Positions 9,434 to 19,800 of a stretch of 64,000 nt of DNA are shown here, piece by piece. Origin of the DNA: an uncultured Acidimicrobiales bacterium (GTDB taxonomy: Bacteria > Actinomycetota > Acidimicrobiia > Acidimicrobiales > CADCSY01); the NCBI GenBank assembly GCA_902805555.1, contig CADCSY010000043.1:1028-65027 (forward strand), given 5' to 3'. Both the position numbers and the translations under genes were made by a program. The first letter of the stretch is position 1, and every line of letters begins with the position of its first letter. The notes below the pieces were generated by a model that saw only the letters and a list, made by a program, of their open reading frames with translations, searched no databases and was not told the DNA's origin.

Positions 9434-10429
9434 ATGACGACCCATGTCGGCCACGAGGCCGGAGCGAGCATCCCGATCTCCCTGGTGATCCCGGTGCGGG
9501 ACGAGGAGACGAGCATCGGGGCCCTCCTGGCCACGATCGACGCCCAGACAGCCCAGCCGGACGAGGTCGTCTTCGTCGACGGGGGATCCTCGGACCGGAC
9601 CGTGGAGATCCTCCGCGCCCACGCCGAGCGAGACCCGCGCTGCACCGTGGTGGAGGCGGAGGGTGGGGCGACGCCCGGCCGAGGTCGCAACCTCGGTGTG
9701 GCGGCCGCCCGCAACGACTGGGTGGCGATGACGGACGCAGGCATCCGGCTCGAGCCCACGTGGCTCGAGCGGCTCTGGGCGGCGCACCTGGCCGACGCCG
9801 CCGCCGAGGTCGTGTACGGGAACTACGAGTTCGACCTCCGGTCGTTCTTCGAGGAGTGCGCCGCCGTCGCCTACGGCCCGCCGAAGTGGGAGACGCCGGC
9901 GGGGAGGTCGCGCGGCCCGACGGTCGTGTCCTGCCTCGTGCACCGGCGGGCCTACGAGGCGGTCGGAGGGTTCGTCGACCTGCGGGCGGGCGAGGACGAG
10001 ATGTTCCTCACCGCCCTCGACGGCGCCGGCACCCGATCTGCGTGGGCACCGGGCGCCACCGTCTGGTGGCGCCTGCGGCCCGATGTCCGGTCGAACTTCG
10101 AGCGGTTCCGTTCGTACTCGTACAGCTACGCCATGGCCGGTCGCCAGGCGCACTGGCAGCACCGGATGGCCCGGGGGTACGTGCCCGTGGCCGTCGGCCT
10201 CGTGCTCGCAGGCGTCCACTCCCGCCGCTGGCTCCTGCTGCCGGCGGCGACCGTGGGGAGCCGGGTGGGCCGGCGCGTGGCCAGCCACCGTCCCGACATG
10301 GACGAGCTGCGCAAGCCCACTCCGGCCCGCCTCGCCCTGATCGCCGCCCTCCTCCTGGGCAACGACGTCGCCGCCGCCCTCGGGTGGTGGCAGGCGACAG
10401 CAGCCAAGCGAGCCGCAGCCAGGGTCTGA
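9434..10429 (+). CDS. Glycosyltransferase family 2 protein with C-terminal TM segments
   Basis: ATG at 9434 lies inside ORF 9005..10429. GT-A patterns are present (ISLVIPVRDEE, VVFVDGGSSDRT, MTDAGIRLEP). The C-terminal part is hydrophobic (YVPVAVGLVLAGV, LALIAALLLGNDV). Confidence 0.8.
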   Translation: MTTHVGHEAGASIPISLVIPVRDEETSIGALLATIDAQTAQPDEVVFVDGGSSDRTVEILRAHAERDPRCTVVEAEGGATPGRGRNLGVAAARNDWVAMTDAGIRLEPTWLERLWAAHLADAAAEVVYGNYEFDLRSFFEECAAVAYGPPKWETPAGRSRGPTVVSCLVHRRAYEAVGGFVDLRAGEDEMFLTALDGAGTRSAWAPGATVWWRLRPDVRSNFERFRSYSYSYAMAGRQAHWQHRMARGYVPVAVGLVLAGVHSRRWLLLPAATVGSRVGRRVASHRPDMDELRKPTPARLALIAALLLGNDVAAALGWWQATAAKRAAARV

Positions 10430-10460
10430 GCCGGCTCTCCCGGCGCGGTGCGGCGGCGGC

Positions 10461-11507
10461 TCAGGGCGCAGGCGGGGCGTCGAGCCGCACGAGCGACCCG
10501 TCGTCCGTCGCCCGCTCGAGCGACGCCGGGAAGGCGACCCGAGGCGACCAGCCGAACGCCTCCCGGGCCCGGTCGTTCGTGTAGCGGAGGGGCCGGAACC
10601 TCGCTTCGAAGGGCGCAGGGGAGAGGCCCCCGGGCAGCTTCAGCCGCCCTTGGAGCAGGGAGTGGTTGACCGAGGCGACCGCCTGCACGAGCGTCCGCAT
10701 CAGGGGGTAGCCGAGGAGCACCAGCCTCGGCCTGGTGTCGACCATCGGCCGGACGGCGCGTGCGTAGCGCCCCACGGACGGGAGCCGGTCGTCGACGATG
10801 TTGACCGTCACCGGGGCGAGCGGTCGCTGACCGAGCGCGCAGACGAACGCGTCGGCCACGTTCTCGACCCACGCCATCGGCAGCGTCGTCCGCCAGCCGG
10901 CCCGCAGCCAGAGCGACGGCAGGACCTCGACGCCGAGCAGGGCGTGCCACAGCTCGCCCGGGCCGTAGATGAGGCCGGGCCGCAGCACGGTCAGCTCACG
11001 GCCGGGGGTGTCGGCCCACCGCCGCACCATCTCCTCCTGGATGAGCTTGACCTGCGCGTAGGGGTCCCGCTGGAGCGGGTCGTCCTCCAAGGGGCTCGTC
11101 TCGTCGAGGACCCCTCCCACCGGGACCGCCCCCGCCCGGTACACCGAGAAGGTGCTGCAGTGGACGAGCCGCCGGACGCCGACGCCGTCCATGGCGTCGA
11201 GGAGGTTCTCGGTGGCGACGACCGTCCCCGCGAACCGGCTGGCGAAGTCCCCCGTCTTGGTGGCTGCGAGGTGGACCACCGTCTCAGCCCCGTCCACCGC
11301 AGCCCTCAGGTCGCGCCGGCTCCGGAGGTCGGCCTGCACCGTCTCGAGCTGCGCGTGCTCGCCCCAAGGGAGCTTCGCCGGGTCGGTGCCGGGCCGGACC
11401 ATGGCCCGCACGTCGTGGCCCGCCCGGACGGCGGCGGCCACCACGTGGCGGCCGAGGAACCCGGTGGCGCCGCTGACGAGGACGACGCCGTCCCGCTCGT
11501 GCGTCAT
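10461..11507 (-). CDS. NAD-dependent epimerase/dehydratase family protein
   Basis: N-terminal Rossmann motif VLVSGATGFLGRHV and extended-SDR architecture. The 4-nt overlap with the upstream gene suggests co-translation. Confidence 0.8.
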   Translation of the reverse strand: MTHERDGVVLVSGATGFLGRHVVAAAVRAGHDVRAMVRPGTDPAKLPWGEHAQLETVQADLRSRRDLRAAVDGAETVVHLAATKTGDFASRFAGTVVATENLLDAMDGVGVRRLVHCSTFSVYRAGAVPVGGVLDETSPLEDDPLQRDPYAQVKLIQEEMVRRWADTPGRELTVLRPGLIYGPGELWHALLGVEVLPSLWLRAGWRTTLPMAWVENVADAFVCALGQRPLAPVTVNIVDDRLPSVGRYARAVRPMVDTRPRLVLLGYPLMRTLVQAVASVNHSLLQGRLKLPGGLSPAPFEARFRPLRYTNDRAREAFGWSPRVAFPASLERATDDGSLVRLDAPPAP

Positions 11508-12577
11508 CGCCGGTTCTCCGGCGCCACGAGCCGGTCGATGAGCACCGTCGGATCCTCGATGTCACGGCGGGTGAGCGGCGGCGGACCCCCCGCCTGCAGC
11601 GCTGCGTAGGTCGCCTCGAGGAAGCGGTGGAGACCGTGGTAGGTCGAGTGCTGGAGCAGCTTCTGCGCGAGGTTGCGGGCGCCGGCCGTCGCCAGCCTCG
11701 AGCCGTTCACAACGTGGTTCACGATCGGGGTCAGCTCCTTGCCGACGGCGCGAGGGGCACGCACGGTCAGGAACGGCTGGAAGAGGTCGGTCTCGGCTTC
11801 GCCCAGGTCGCCCCGGACGACGATCGAGAACGTCTCGGGGCGGGTGGCGGCGGAGAACCTGAGCCGGAGGTGGCAGGGGCCGGCGACGATCGTGGCGTCG
11901 AGGTCGTCCCAGCGCCACAGGCCGTCGTCAGGCCCGTGGTTCGACCAGTGGGCGCTGACCCGCTCGGCCCCGGCGGCGCCGGGGACGAAGAGGAGGCCGA
12001 GGTAGGCGAGGTGGGTGAGGACGTCGTGGATCGGCCCGGCCGGGAGGTCGTGGGCCGAGCTCCGGAGGTGCGGGTCGGCGAAGGCGCCACCGTCGCGGAT
12101 GCGCAGGGCCATCCGCACCTCGACGTCGCACACCTCACCGAGTCGCCCTTCACGGACGAGGGACTGCACCGCCAGGACAGGGTCGTTCCAGCGGTAGTTC
12201 TGGTCCTCCAGGAGCCACAGCCCGCTGGCATCGGCCAGCGTCACGAGGGTGGCGAGCTCTGCCGCCGTCGGTGCGAGCGGCTTCTCGCAGATCACGTGGG
12301 CCCCGGCCCGCAGGCAGTCGGCCACGATCGCCTGGTGGGTCGTCGGCGGGGTGCAGACGTGGACGACCTCGGGCCGGGCTCCGGCCAGCAGCTCCTGGTG
12401 GGAGGTGTAGGAGGCCTCCGCGCCCCAGCGGCCGGCCGCATAGCCGGCAGAGGCCGGTGAGAGGTCCGCCACGGCCACCACCCGCGTGCGAGGGCTGGCC
12501 GAGAGGTAGGCGAGGTGCTCGGCCGTGATCGTCCCGGTGCCGACGACACCCACCCGGACCGGTTCGTCAGCTGGCAT
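11504..12577 (-). CDS. Gfo/Idh/MocA family oxidoreductase
   Basis: N-terminal VRVGVVGTGTITAEH Rossmann motif and EKPLA motif (VICEKPLAPT). The start is placed at the second Met of ORF 11504..12637. Confidence 0.8.
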   Translation of the reverse strand: MPADEPVRVGVVGTGTITAEHLAYLSASPRTRVVAVADLSPASAGYAAGRWGAEASYTSHQELLAGARPEVVHVCTPPTTHQAIVADCLRAGAHVICEKPLAPTAAELATLVTLADASGLWLLEDQNYRWNDPVLAVQSLVREGRLGEVCDVEVRMALRIRDGGAFADPHLRSSAHDLPAGPIHDVLTHLAYLGLLFVPGAAGAERVSAHWSNHGPDDGLWRWDDLDATIVAGPCHLRLRFSAATRPETFSIVVRGDLGEAETDLFQPFLTVRAPRAVGKELTPIVNHVVNGSRLATAGARNLAQKLLQHSTYHGLHRFLEATYAALQAGGPPPLTRRDIEDPTVLIDRLVAPENRR

Positions 12578-12650
12578 CAACCCACCTCGAGGCCCGGGTC
12601 GAAGCCCCACTGGCGGTGCGGAACATACCACTTGCACCGATCGCGCAGTG

Positions 12651-13148
12651 ATGGCGTGGACGCCGGCACCTCGCCCGGACCCGGTCCGCCCGTGTCAGCC
12701 TGACCTGGTGGAGATCCGCTCCGACCGGACGTACCGGTTCCCCCTCGCGCCCGAGGCGTTGTGGGCGGAGATCGGCGAGGTCGCCTGGTACCGGCGGTGG
12801 TGGCCGTGGCTGCGCTCGTTCGACGGCGAGGCGGTGCGGGCGGGCGAGGTCTGGTCGTGCGTCGTGCAACCGCCGCTGCCCTACGTGGTGCGCTTCGACC
12901 TCACCCTCGACGAAGTTGTCGAGCCGAGCTTCGTCCGGGCCACCGCCAGCGGCGACATCATGGGCCACGCGACCATCGAGATCCGGGCGGCCGAGGGGGG
13001 CAGCGAGCTCCGCCTGCGGTCGTGCCTGGCCCCCCGCAGCGACCTCCTCCGCCTCGTCGCGGTCGTCGCCAGACCGATCGTCGAGCGCGGCCACGACTGG
13101 GTCCTCGACACCGGAGCCCGCCAGTTCCGCCGAGCCGTCGCCCGCTGA
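12651..13148 (+). CDS. SRPBCC (polyketide cyclase/dehydrase-like) family protein
   Basis: The internal Met of ORF 12525..13148 gives about 165 aa with a START/Bet v1-like pattern (ALWAEIGEV..YRRWWPWL). The family call rests on overall pattern only. Confidence 0.55.
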   Translation: MAWTPAPRPDPVRPCQPDLVEIRSDRTYRFPLAPEALWAEIGEVAWYRRWWPWLRSFDGEAVRAGEVWSCVVQPPLPYVVRFDLTLDEVVEPSFVRATASGDIMGHATIEIRAAEGGSELRLRSCLAPRSDLLRLVAVVARPIVERGHDWVLDTGARQFRRAVAR

Positions 13149-13174
13149 CGGGTCGGCAACCCTGCCGGGGTGCC

Positions 13175-14035
13175 TCAGCAGTCCGGGTCCTCGAAGAAGC
13201 GGTCCTCGTTGCAGACGCCGTCCACCGGATCGGTGTTGATGTCGACCTCGTCGGCTGCGACGACGACGAGGACGACGAAGGCGATCCCGAGCACGATGCC
13301 GGCAGCACCCGTGAGCACACCGGCCAGGCCCCGACCGTGGTGCAGGCGACCCGGGAGCTGGGCCGCCTTGCGCATCCCGACGGCGCCGAAGATGACGGCG
13401 AGCACGCCGAGGAGGACCCCGAACCCGAACGTCCAGAACAGGACGATGCTGACGATGCCGAGGACCAGGCCGGCGGTCGCGGCGGTGTTCGACGGGGGCG
13501 GGAAGCCGTGGCCGGCGCCCGGTGGCCATCCCTGACCCCACGTCGGCTGCTGCCCCCACCCCGGGCCCTGCGGGGGCCAGCCTCCGGCGCCCTGCTGACC
13601 GGGGGGCCCCCACGTCGGTGGGCCCTGCTGCGTGCCCGGTGGCGGCCAGGGTGGCGCACCTGGTGCAGCGGGCGGCTGGCCCGCGGGCGCCCAGGTCTGG
13701 TCGGCGTGCTGGCCCGGCGGCGCCCACGTGCGGTCGCCCTGGGGTCCCGGCTGCGTCCACCCGGTCTCGGTCTCCGATCGGCCGCCCTGCGCACTCGGCG
13801 GCGGCCACGCAGGCTGGGTCTGGGAGGGCGGTGGCGGGGGCGGTGGCGACCAGGGCCCGTCGAGTCGAGGCTGGGCGCCCTGCTCGCCTTGCGGCGGCCA
13901 CGTCGGGTCGACCTGCTGGGGAGACGGGGCCGGCGGGTCGCCGGCGCCGCCGCTCGGGGCGGGCTCCGGCGGCTCCGGCGGCTCCGGCGGGGCACCCTGC
14001 ACCGGCGGGTCAGCAGGTGGCTGGTTGTCGCTCAC
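13175..14035 (-). CDS. Pro/Gly/Trp-rich membrane protein with C-terminal DUF4190-like two-helix domain
   Basis: GTG at 14035 is preceded by GGAG 8 nt upstream. The N-terminus is a low-complexity PPxxGPxW region. The C-terminus (AGLVLGIVSIVLFWTFGFGVLLGVLAVIFGAVG...GVLTGAAGIVLGIAFVVLVVV) is typical of DUF4190. Confidence 0.65.
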   Translation of the reverse strand: MSDNQPPADPPVQGAPPEPPEPPEPAPSGGAGDPPAPSPQQVDPTWPPQGEQGAQPRLDGPWSPPPPPPPSQTQPAWPPPSAQGGRSETETGWTQPGPQGDRTWAPPGQHADQTWAPAGQPPAAPGAPPWPPPGTQQGPPTWGPPGQQGAGGWPPQGPGWGQQPTWGQGWPPGAGHGFPPPSNTAATAGLVLGIVSIVLFWTFGFGVLLGVLAVIFGAVGMRKAAQLPGRLHHGRGLAGVLTGAAGIVLGIAFVVLVVVAADEVDINTDPVDGVCNEDRFFEDPDC

Positions 14036-14396
14036 GAGGTGGCTCCTCTGGAGGCCGTCGGATGGCGGGCCCCGCCCTCCATTGTCGACGAACGAGGTCC
14101 GCCCGTGCGCGACCCTTCCCGCCCACCATGGGTCGAGGGCTCGCGCATGCCTGGGTGGCAAGCAGCATCGAGAGGGTCGCCGTGCCGACGCCCCGTCGAG
14201 GAGCGCCACCGGTTGGCCCCGCCACACTCAGACCGGCTGCCGGCGCCTGCCGTGCCGACGCCGAGGCCGGGCACCGCCTCCTGCAGCCGGGGGCTGCGCG
14301 CCGCGCTCCGCTCGCCGTCGAGGCCGACGGTCGAGTCACCCGGGTCCGACGGTCCCATCTCCGTCACCACGGACGGTGGGCCCGCTGCTGCGATCC

Positions 14397-15461
14397 TCAG
14401 GGGTGGCGGCGGAGGCGGGCGAGCGCAGCCAGTGCGCCGCCGGCGGCGGCCCCGACCGCACGCCGGTGGGCCGACAGCCACAGCTGGCCGCTCCAACCCC
14501 AGGTGCGACCGACCCCCGGCCCGGTCGTCCCAGGGTCGAACGGCACCGGCCCGAACAGGTTGTCGGGCCGGTCGGGCAGGACGGCGGCGTGGGTGAGCTG
14601 CAGCTCGACGCCCCGCCAGGCCAGCACCCGGTCGCCGATCCCCCCGGGCAGGAGCCGGCTGGCCAGGATGCCGACGACGGCCGGGTACCCGACCCACAGC
14701 TCCCGGCGGCGGTGGGTGGCCGCCCACACCACCCCGGCAGCAGCGACCTCCGGGGTGAACGTGGGGGGGACGGGTCGCGACCTGAAGCCCTGGCGGCTCC
14801 GGCAGACGACGAAGTGCGGCGTGTTGATCGCCGACAGGTGGACCTCGGTGACGTGGACGCCCGAGCCCTCCCGGAGCAGCTCCGCCCGAAGCGACTCGGT
14901 GAACCCCCGCACCGCGAACTTTGCGCCGCAGTACGCGGCCTGGAAGGGGATCGCCCGGTAGGCGAGGGTGGAGCCGACCTGCACGATCGTCCCCCGGTCC
15001 CGCTCGCGCATCCTCCGCAACGCGGCCATCGACCCGTGGGCCGTGCCCAGGTAGGTGACATCGGTCGTCCGCTGCAGCTCCTCTGCGGAGAGGTCGTCGA
15101 CCGGGGCGAGGACCGTCGCCATGGCGGCGTTGACCCACACGTCGATCGGCCCGAGCTCGTCCTCGACGAGCGTCGCCGCCGCCTCCACCGCAGCGGCGTC
15201 GGCCACGTCCACCGGGACCACCAGCGCGGTCCCGCCGGCCGCCTGCACCTCGGCGGCGGCGGCGGCGAGGGCCACCTCGTTGCGGGCGAGCAGGGCCACC
15301 CGGCAGCCGTGGGCGGCGGCGAAGGCGTGGGCTGCGGCGCGTCCCACACCCGACGACCCGCCCGTGATGACGACGACCTCGGGAGCTCGGGCTGCCCTCC
15401 GCCTGGTCCGGCCGGTCAGGCGGGCGCGGCGGCCGTCTCGGTCCGGGCCGGGACGCGCCAC
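14397..15461 (-). CDS. SDR family oxidoreductase with C-terminal extension
   Basis: GTG at 15461 lies 2 nt downstream (3') of the stop of the preceding SDR gene. Motifs are VVITGGSSGVGRA, NAA and YCGAKFA. The upstream 287 codons of ORF 14397..16322 are Arg-rich artefact. Confidence 0.8.
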   Translation of the reverse strand: MARPGPDRDGRRARLTGRTRRRAARAPEVVVITGGSSGVGRAAAHAFAAAHGCRVALLARNEVALAAAAAEVQAAGGTALVVPVDVADAAAVEAAATLVEDELGPIDVWVNAAMATVLAPVDDLSAEELQRTTDVTYLGTAHGSMAALRRMRERDRGTIVQVGSTLAYRAIPFQAAYCGAKFAVRGFTESLRAELLREGSGVHVTEVHLSAINTPHFVVCRSRQGFRSRPVPPTFTPEVAAAGVVWAATHRRRELWVGYPAVVGILASRLLPGGIGDRVLAWRGVELQLTHAAVLPDRPDNLFGPVPFDPGTTGPGVGRTWGWSGQLWLSAHRRAVGAAAGGALAALARLRRHP

Positions 15462-15463
15462 CC

Positions 15464-16267
15464 CTAGTGCAGCCGCCCGGCGAGTCGCCGGACGAGCGAG
15501 AGGCCGCCGTCCATGACGAACCCGCCGACCGGCGATGCAGCCGCCCGGCTGAGGCCGACGGTGCGGGGGACCGAGAACGAGCGGAACCCGGGCCACCCGG
15601 GGTGCTCGAGGGCGTCGCGCACCGCGGCCGCCACCCGCTCGGGCGAGACGCCGGTCCACTCGAACGCCACGCTCAGCGGGGCCCCGTCGTCGGCACCGCC
15701 CGCAGCGTCGATGGCGCCGGTGCGGTTGACCGCACCGGGGGTGATGAGGGTGACGTCGACCCCGGTGCCCGTGACCTCGCGCCGGAGCCCGTCGGTGAAG
15801 GCGCCGATCCCGGCCTTGGTGGCGCTGTAGACGACGAGCGGCGGGAGGGAGGCGTAGCCGAGGATCGACCCGATGTTGACCACGTGGCCGCTCCGGCGCT
15901 CGATCATGCCGGGCAGCAGGCGCCGGGTCAGGTCGATGGGCGCCAGCAGGTTGAGCGCGACCACGGCCTGGAGGTCGTCGGCGGGGATGTCGACCACGTC
16001 GCCGAGCCAGGCCAGCCCGGCGTTGTTCACGAGCACGTCGACGGGCCCGACGCTCGCTGCGAGCCGCTCCCGCTCGTCCTGGTCGGAGAGGTCGGCGGCG
16101 AAGGCGGTGATGGTGCCGTCGGCTTCCTCGACGAGCTCGTCGAGCTTCGACTCGGTGCGGGCCACGGCGATCACGTGGGCGCCGGCGGCGGCGAGCTCGA
16201 GGGCCACGGCGCGGCCGATGCCGCCTGAGGCGCCGGTGACGATGGTGTTGCTGTCGAGGATGGGCAC
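15464..16267 (-). CDS. SDR family oxidoreductase
   Basis: Motifs TGASGGIGRA, NNAG and YSATKAG. The start is GTG. Confidence 0.85.
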   Translation of the reverse strand: MPILDSNTIVTGASGGIGRAVALELAAAGAHVIAVARTESKLDELVEEADGTITAFAADLSDQDERERLAASVGPVDVLVNNAGLAWLGDVVDIPADDLQAVVALNLLAPIDLTRRLLPGMIERRSGHVVNIGSILGYASLPPLVVYSATKAGIGAFTDGLRREVTGTGVDVTLITPGAVNRTGAIDAAGGADDGAPLSVAFEWTGVSPERVAAAVRDALEHPGWPGFRSFSVPRTVGLSRAAASPVGGFVMDGGLSLVRRLAGRLH

Positions 16268-16352
16268 GGGGGCTCCGAGGAGGTGAGGCGGGGGGGACTG
16301 GCACCTGTTTACCCCTAAACACGTTCGGAGACCCCCGGTGGTGCCGGACGCG

Positions 16353-16380
16353 CCGGAGGGGCCCGCTCGGGCCCCTCCGG
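16353..16380 (-). terminator. Hairpin downstream of cspA (12-bp perfect stem CCGGAGGGGCCC/GGGCCCCTCCGG, 4-nt loop)
   Basis: Read directly. It lies about 30 nt past the cspA stop on the minus strand. There is no U-tract, which is common in high-GC actinobacteria. Confidence 0.45.
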
Positions 16381-16411
16381 TCAGATCGTGCGTGGTGACG
16401 TGCCGGTGGTC

Positions 16412-16612
16412 CTAGACGAGGCGGACTGCCTGTGCCTGGTCGCCCTTCGGGCCCTGGGTCACCTCGAACTCGACGGCCTGGCCCTCCTCGAGGGAGCGGT
16501 AGCCCGAACCCTCGATGGCGGTGTAGTGCACGAAGAGGTCGCTGCCGCCCTCCCGCTGGATGAAGCCGTAGCCCTTCTCAGCGTTGAACCACTTGACGGT
16601 ACCGGTTGCCAC
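16412..16612 (-). CDS. cspA: Cold-shock protein (CspA family)
   Basis: [18 protein letters not shown] (RNP1) and DLFVHY (RNP2) in a 66-aa product. About 245 nt of upstream non-coding sequence is consistent with a long csp 5' UTR. Confidence 0.95.
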   Translation of the reverse strand: MATGTVKWFNAEKGYGFIQREGGSDLFVHYTAIEGSGYRSLEEGQAVEFEVTQGPKGDQAQAVRLV

Positions 16613-16857
16613 AACCGACTCCCTTGTTACGTGTAGCGGGGTTCGGCCTGGTGCACGTACCCACGTTCAACGCAGGACGGTAGCAGGTGCGCATTCGGGC
16701 GCGTCCCGGCCGGCGTGGGGCGCCGGCCACCGCTGCGCCGGGCGCCGGGGGCCCTGCCCGGCCCCCGGTAGCGTCGCCGCCCGGAGGGCCAGATTGAAGG
16801 GCTGGAGGGTGGCGGCCGGGCACGGCTGCGCCTCCCTCCTCGGACACACGGGGGGCC

Positions 16858-19800
16858 ATGCGGAAGCTCTTGATCGCGAACCGTGGCGAGATCGCGGTGC
16901 GGATCGCCCGAACCGCCGCCGAGCTCGGCATCACCACCGTGGCCGTCCACGCCGAGGACGACTCGTCGTCGTCGCACAACCGGGTGGCCGACGAGGTGGT
17001 GGCGCTGCGGGGGACGGGCCCGTCCGCGTACCTCGACGTCGAGCAGGTGGTCGCCGCCTGCCGGTCGAGCGACAGCGACGCAGTGCACCCCGGCTACGGC
17101 TTCCTGAGCGAGCACGCCGGCTTCGCCCGTGCCTGCGCCGACGCAGGGATCACGTTCGTCGGGCCGGCACCCGACACCCTCGAGCTGTTCGGCGACAAGG
17201 CGAGGGCGCGCTCGCTCGCCCGTGCGACCGGGGTGCCGATCCTGCCGGGGACCGAGGGTCCGACCTCGCTCGAGGAGGCCCGCTCGTTCCTCGCCGGGCT
17301 CGGACCCGGCGGCGCGGTGATGGTCAAGGCGGTGGCCGGGGGCGGTGGTCGTGGGATGCGGCCGGTCACCGCGCCCGAGCAGCTCGACGCCGCCTTCGAG
17401 CGCTGCGCCTCGGAGTCGGCGGCTGCGTTCGGGGACCCCTCGCTCTACGTCGAGCAGCTCCTCGGGGCCTCCCGCCACGTCGAGGTCCAGCTCGTGGGCG
17501 ACGGGGCCGACGTGTCGCACCTGTGGGACCGGGAGTGCAGCCTCCAGCGGCAGCGCCAGAAGGTGGTCGAGGTGGCTCCCGCGGTGGCCGTGCCCCGAGC
17601 AGTCAGGGAGCAGCTCTGGGAGGCGGCGCTGGCCATCGGCCGCGCCGCCTCCTACCGGGGGCTCGGCACCATCGAGTTCCTCGTCCCCCTCTCGCCCGCT
17701 GGGACGCCGTTCGTGTTCATCGAGGCCAACCCACGCCTCCAGGTCGAGCACACCGTCACCGAGGCCGTCACCGGCCTCGACCTGGTCCGGGTCCAGCTCG
17801 AGCTGGCCGGGGGGGCGACGCTGGCCGGGCTCGGGCTCACCCAGGCAGGGGCGCCGTCGCCCCGGGGTGTGGCGGTGCAGGCGCGGGTCAACCTCGAGAC
17901 GATGGCACCCGACGGCTCGGCCCGTCCCTCCTCCGGGGTGCTGACGGTCTACGAGCCGCCGTCGGGGCCGGGTGTGCGGGTGGACGGCTTCGGCTCCACC
18001 GGCTACCGGACCAGCGTCCGCTACGACTCGCTCCTCGCCAAGCTGGTCGTCCACGCCCCGTCCGGCGACCATCGGGCCGCCGTGGCGAAGGCGGGCCGGG
18101 CCCTGCGGGAGCTGCGGGTCGAGGGGCCGGCCACGAACGTCGCGTTCCTGCAGGCGCTGCTGGCCGACCCGGCGGTCGTGGAGGGAGCCGTCCACACGAC
18201 GTTCATCGAGGAGCACGTCTCGGCGCTCCTCGCTGACGCCGAGCGCCTCGGGGGCGGCGACGGGCCGCCCGGGTCGTCGGGTGGGGCCCGTGCCGGCGCC
18301 GTCATCGACGCCCTGGACCCCCTCGCCGTCCTCCACCACGGGATGGCGGAGGCAGCGGCACCGGGGGGCGGCGTCGCGGCGGAGGCCGACCTCCCCGAGG
18401 GGACGGTCGCCGTCCGGGCGCCGATCCAGGGGACCGTCATCGACGTCGTCGTGGCCGTGGGGGACGAGGTCGCCGCCGGGCAGTCCCTGGTCGTGATGGA
18501 GGCCATGAAGATGGAGCACCTCCTGGAGGCACCGGTGGCCGGCGTGATCAGCGCGGTGACCGCCGCGGTCGGCGAGGCGGTGCTCGAGGGCCACGCCATC
18601 GTCCTGATCGACCAGGCCGAGGGTGGCGGTGCAGCGGTGGTGGAGGAGGTGGCGCTCGACCTCGACGCCGTCCGGCCCGACCTGGCCGAGGTGCTCGACC
18701 GCCACGACCGCACCCTCGACGAAGCCCGCCCCGACGCCGTCGAACGTCGCCGCCGGCGGGGCCACCGCACCGTGCGCGAGAACATCGCCGACCTCGTCGA
18801 CGACGGGACCTTCACCGAGTACGGCGCCCTCACCGTCGCCGCCCGCCGCCGGCGCCACAGCCTCGACGAGCTCATCGCCCAGACCCCCGCCGACGGCCTG
18901 GTCATGGGCCTTGCCCAGGTGAACGGGGACTGCTTCGCGGCCGAGCGGGCACGGGTCGCCGTCCTCGCCTACGACGACACGGTCCTGGCCGGCACCCAGG
19001 GGGCCCACAACCACAACAAGCTCGACCGCATGGCGGAGCTCGCCCTGCGCTGGCGGTTGCCCACGGTGTTCTTCACCGAGGGGGGCGGGGGCCGGCCCGG
19101 CGACACCGAGGGCGGCGGCTTCATCCGTGGCTTCGAGCTCTGGGGCAAGCTGAGCGGGGCCGTCCCCCTCGTGGGCGTCGTCTCCGGCCGGTGCTTCGCC
19201 GGCAACGCCGCCATCCTCGGGTGCTGCGACGTGATCATCGCCACCCGGGACACGGCGCTCGGGATGGGGGGCCCGGCCATGGTGGAGGGGGGCGGCCTCG
19301 GCGTGTTCCGGCCCGAGGAGATCGGCCCCGTCGACGTCATGCAGGACAACGGGGTGATCGACGTCCTCGTCGAGGACGAGGCGGCGGCGGTGGCGGTGGC
19401 CAAGCAGTACCTCTCGTACTTCCAGGGCGAGACCGACGGCTGGTCGTGCGAGGACCAGCGCCTGCTGCGCCACGCCGTGCCCGAGAACCGGCTGCGGGTC
19501 TACGACGTGCGGCGGGTCATCGAGCTGCTCGCCGACACCGGTTCCGTGCTCGAGCTCCGGCCGAGGTTCGGGCGGGCCATGGTCACAGCCCTCGTCCGGA
19601 TCGAGGGCAGGCCGGTGGGGGTGTTCGCCAACGACCCCGCCCACCTCGGCGGGGCGATCGACGCCGACGCCTCCGACAAGGCCGCCCGGTTCCTGCAGCT
19701 CTGCGAGGCGTTCGACATCCCGGTCCTGTCGCTGCAGGACACGCCGGGCAACATGGTGGGGCCCGAGGCGGAGAAGACCGGGCTGATCCGCCACTGCTCC

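Noticed and set aside
14036-14396. 360-nt gap upstream of the DUF4190 gene, examined for a small ORF or structured RNA
   Set aside because: The ORFs there (for example 14010..14339) translate to Arg/Ala/Pro low complexity, and I could not build a convincing conserved-looking structure by eye. It is probably just a promoter or 5' UTR region, and an Rfam scan would be needed to say more.
16627-19794. 1055-aa ORF antisense to the acyl-CoA carboxylase gene
   Set aside because: The product is Arg/Gly/Pro/Asp-rich low complexity with no recognisable motif, whereas the opposite strand encodes a motif-dense enzyme. Long stop-free antisense frames are expected at this GC content because stop codons are AT-rich.
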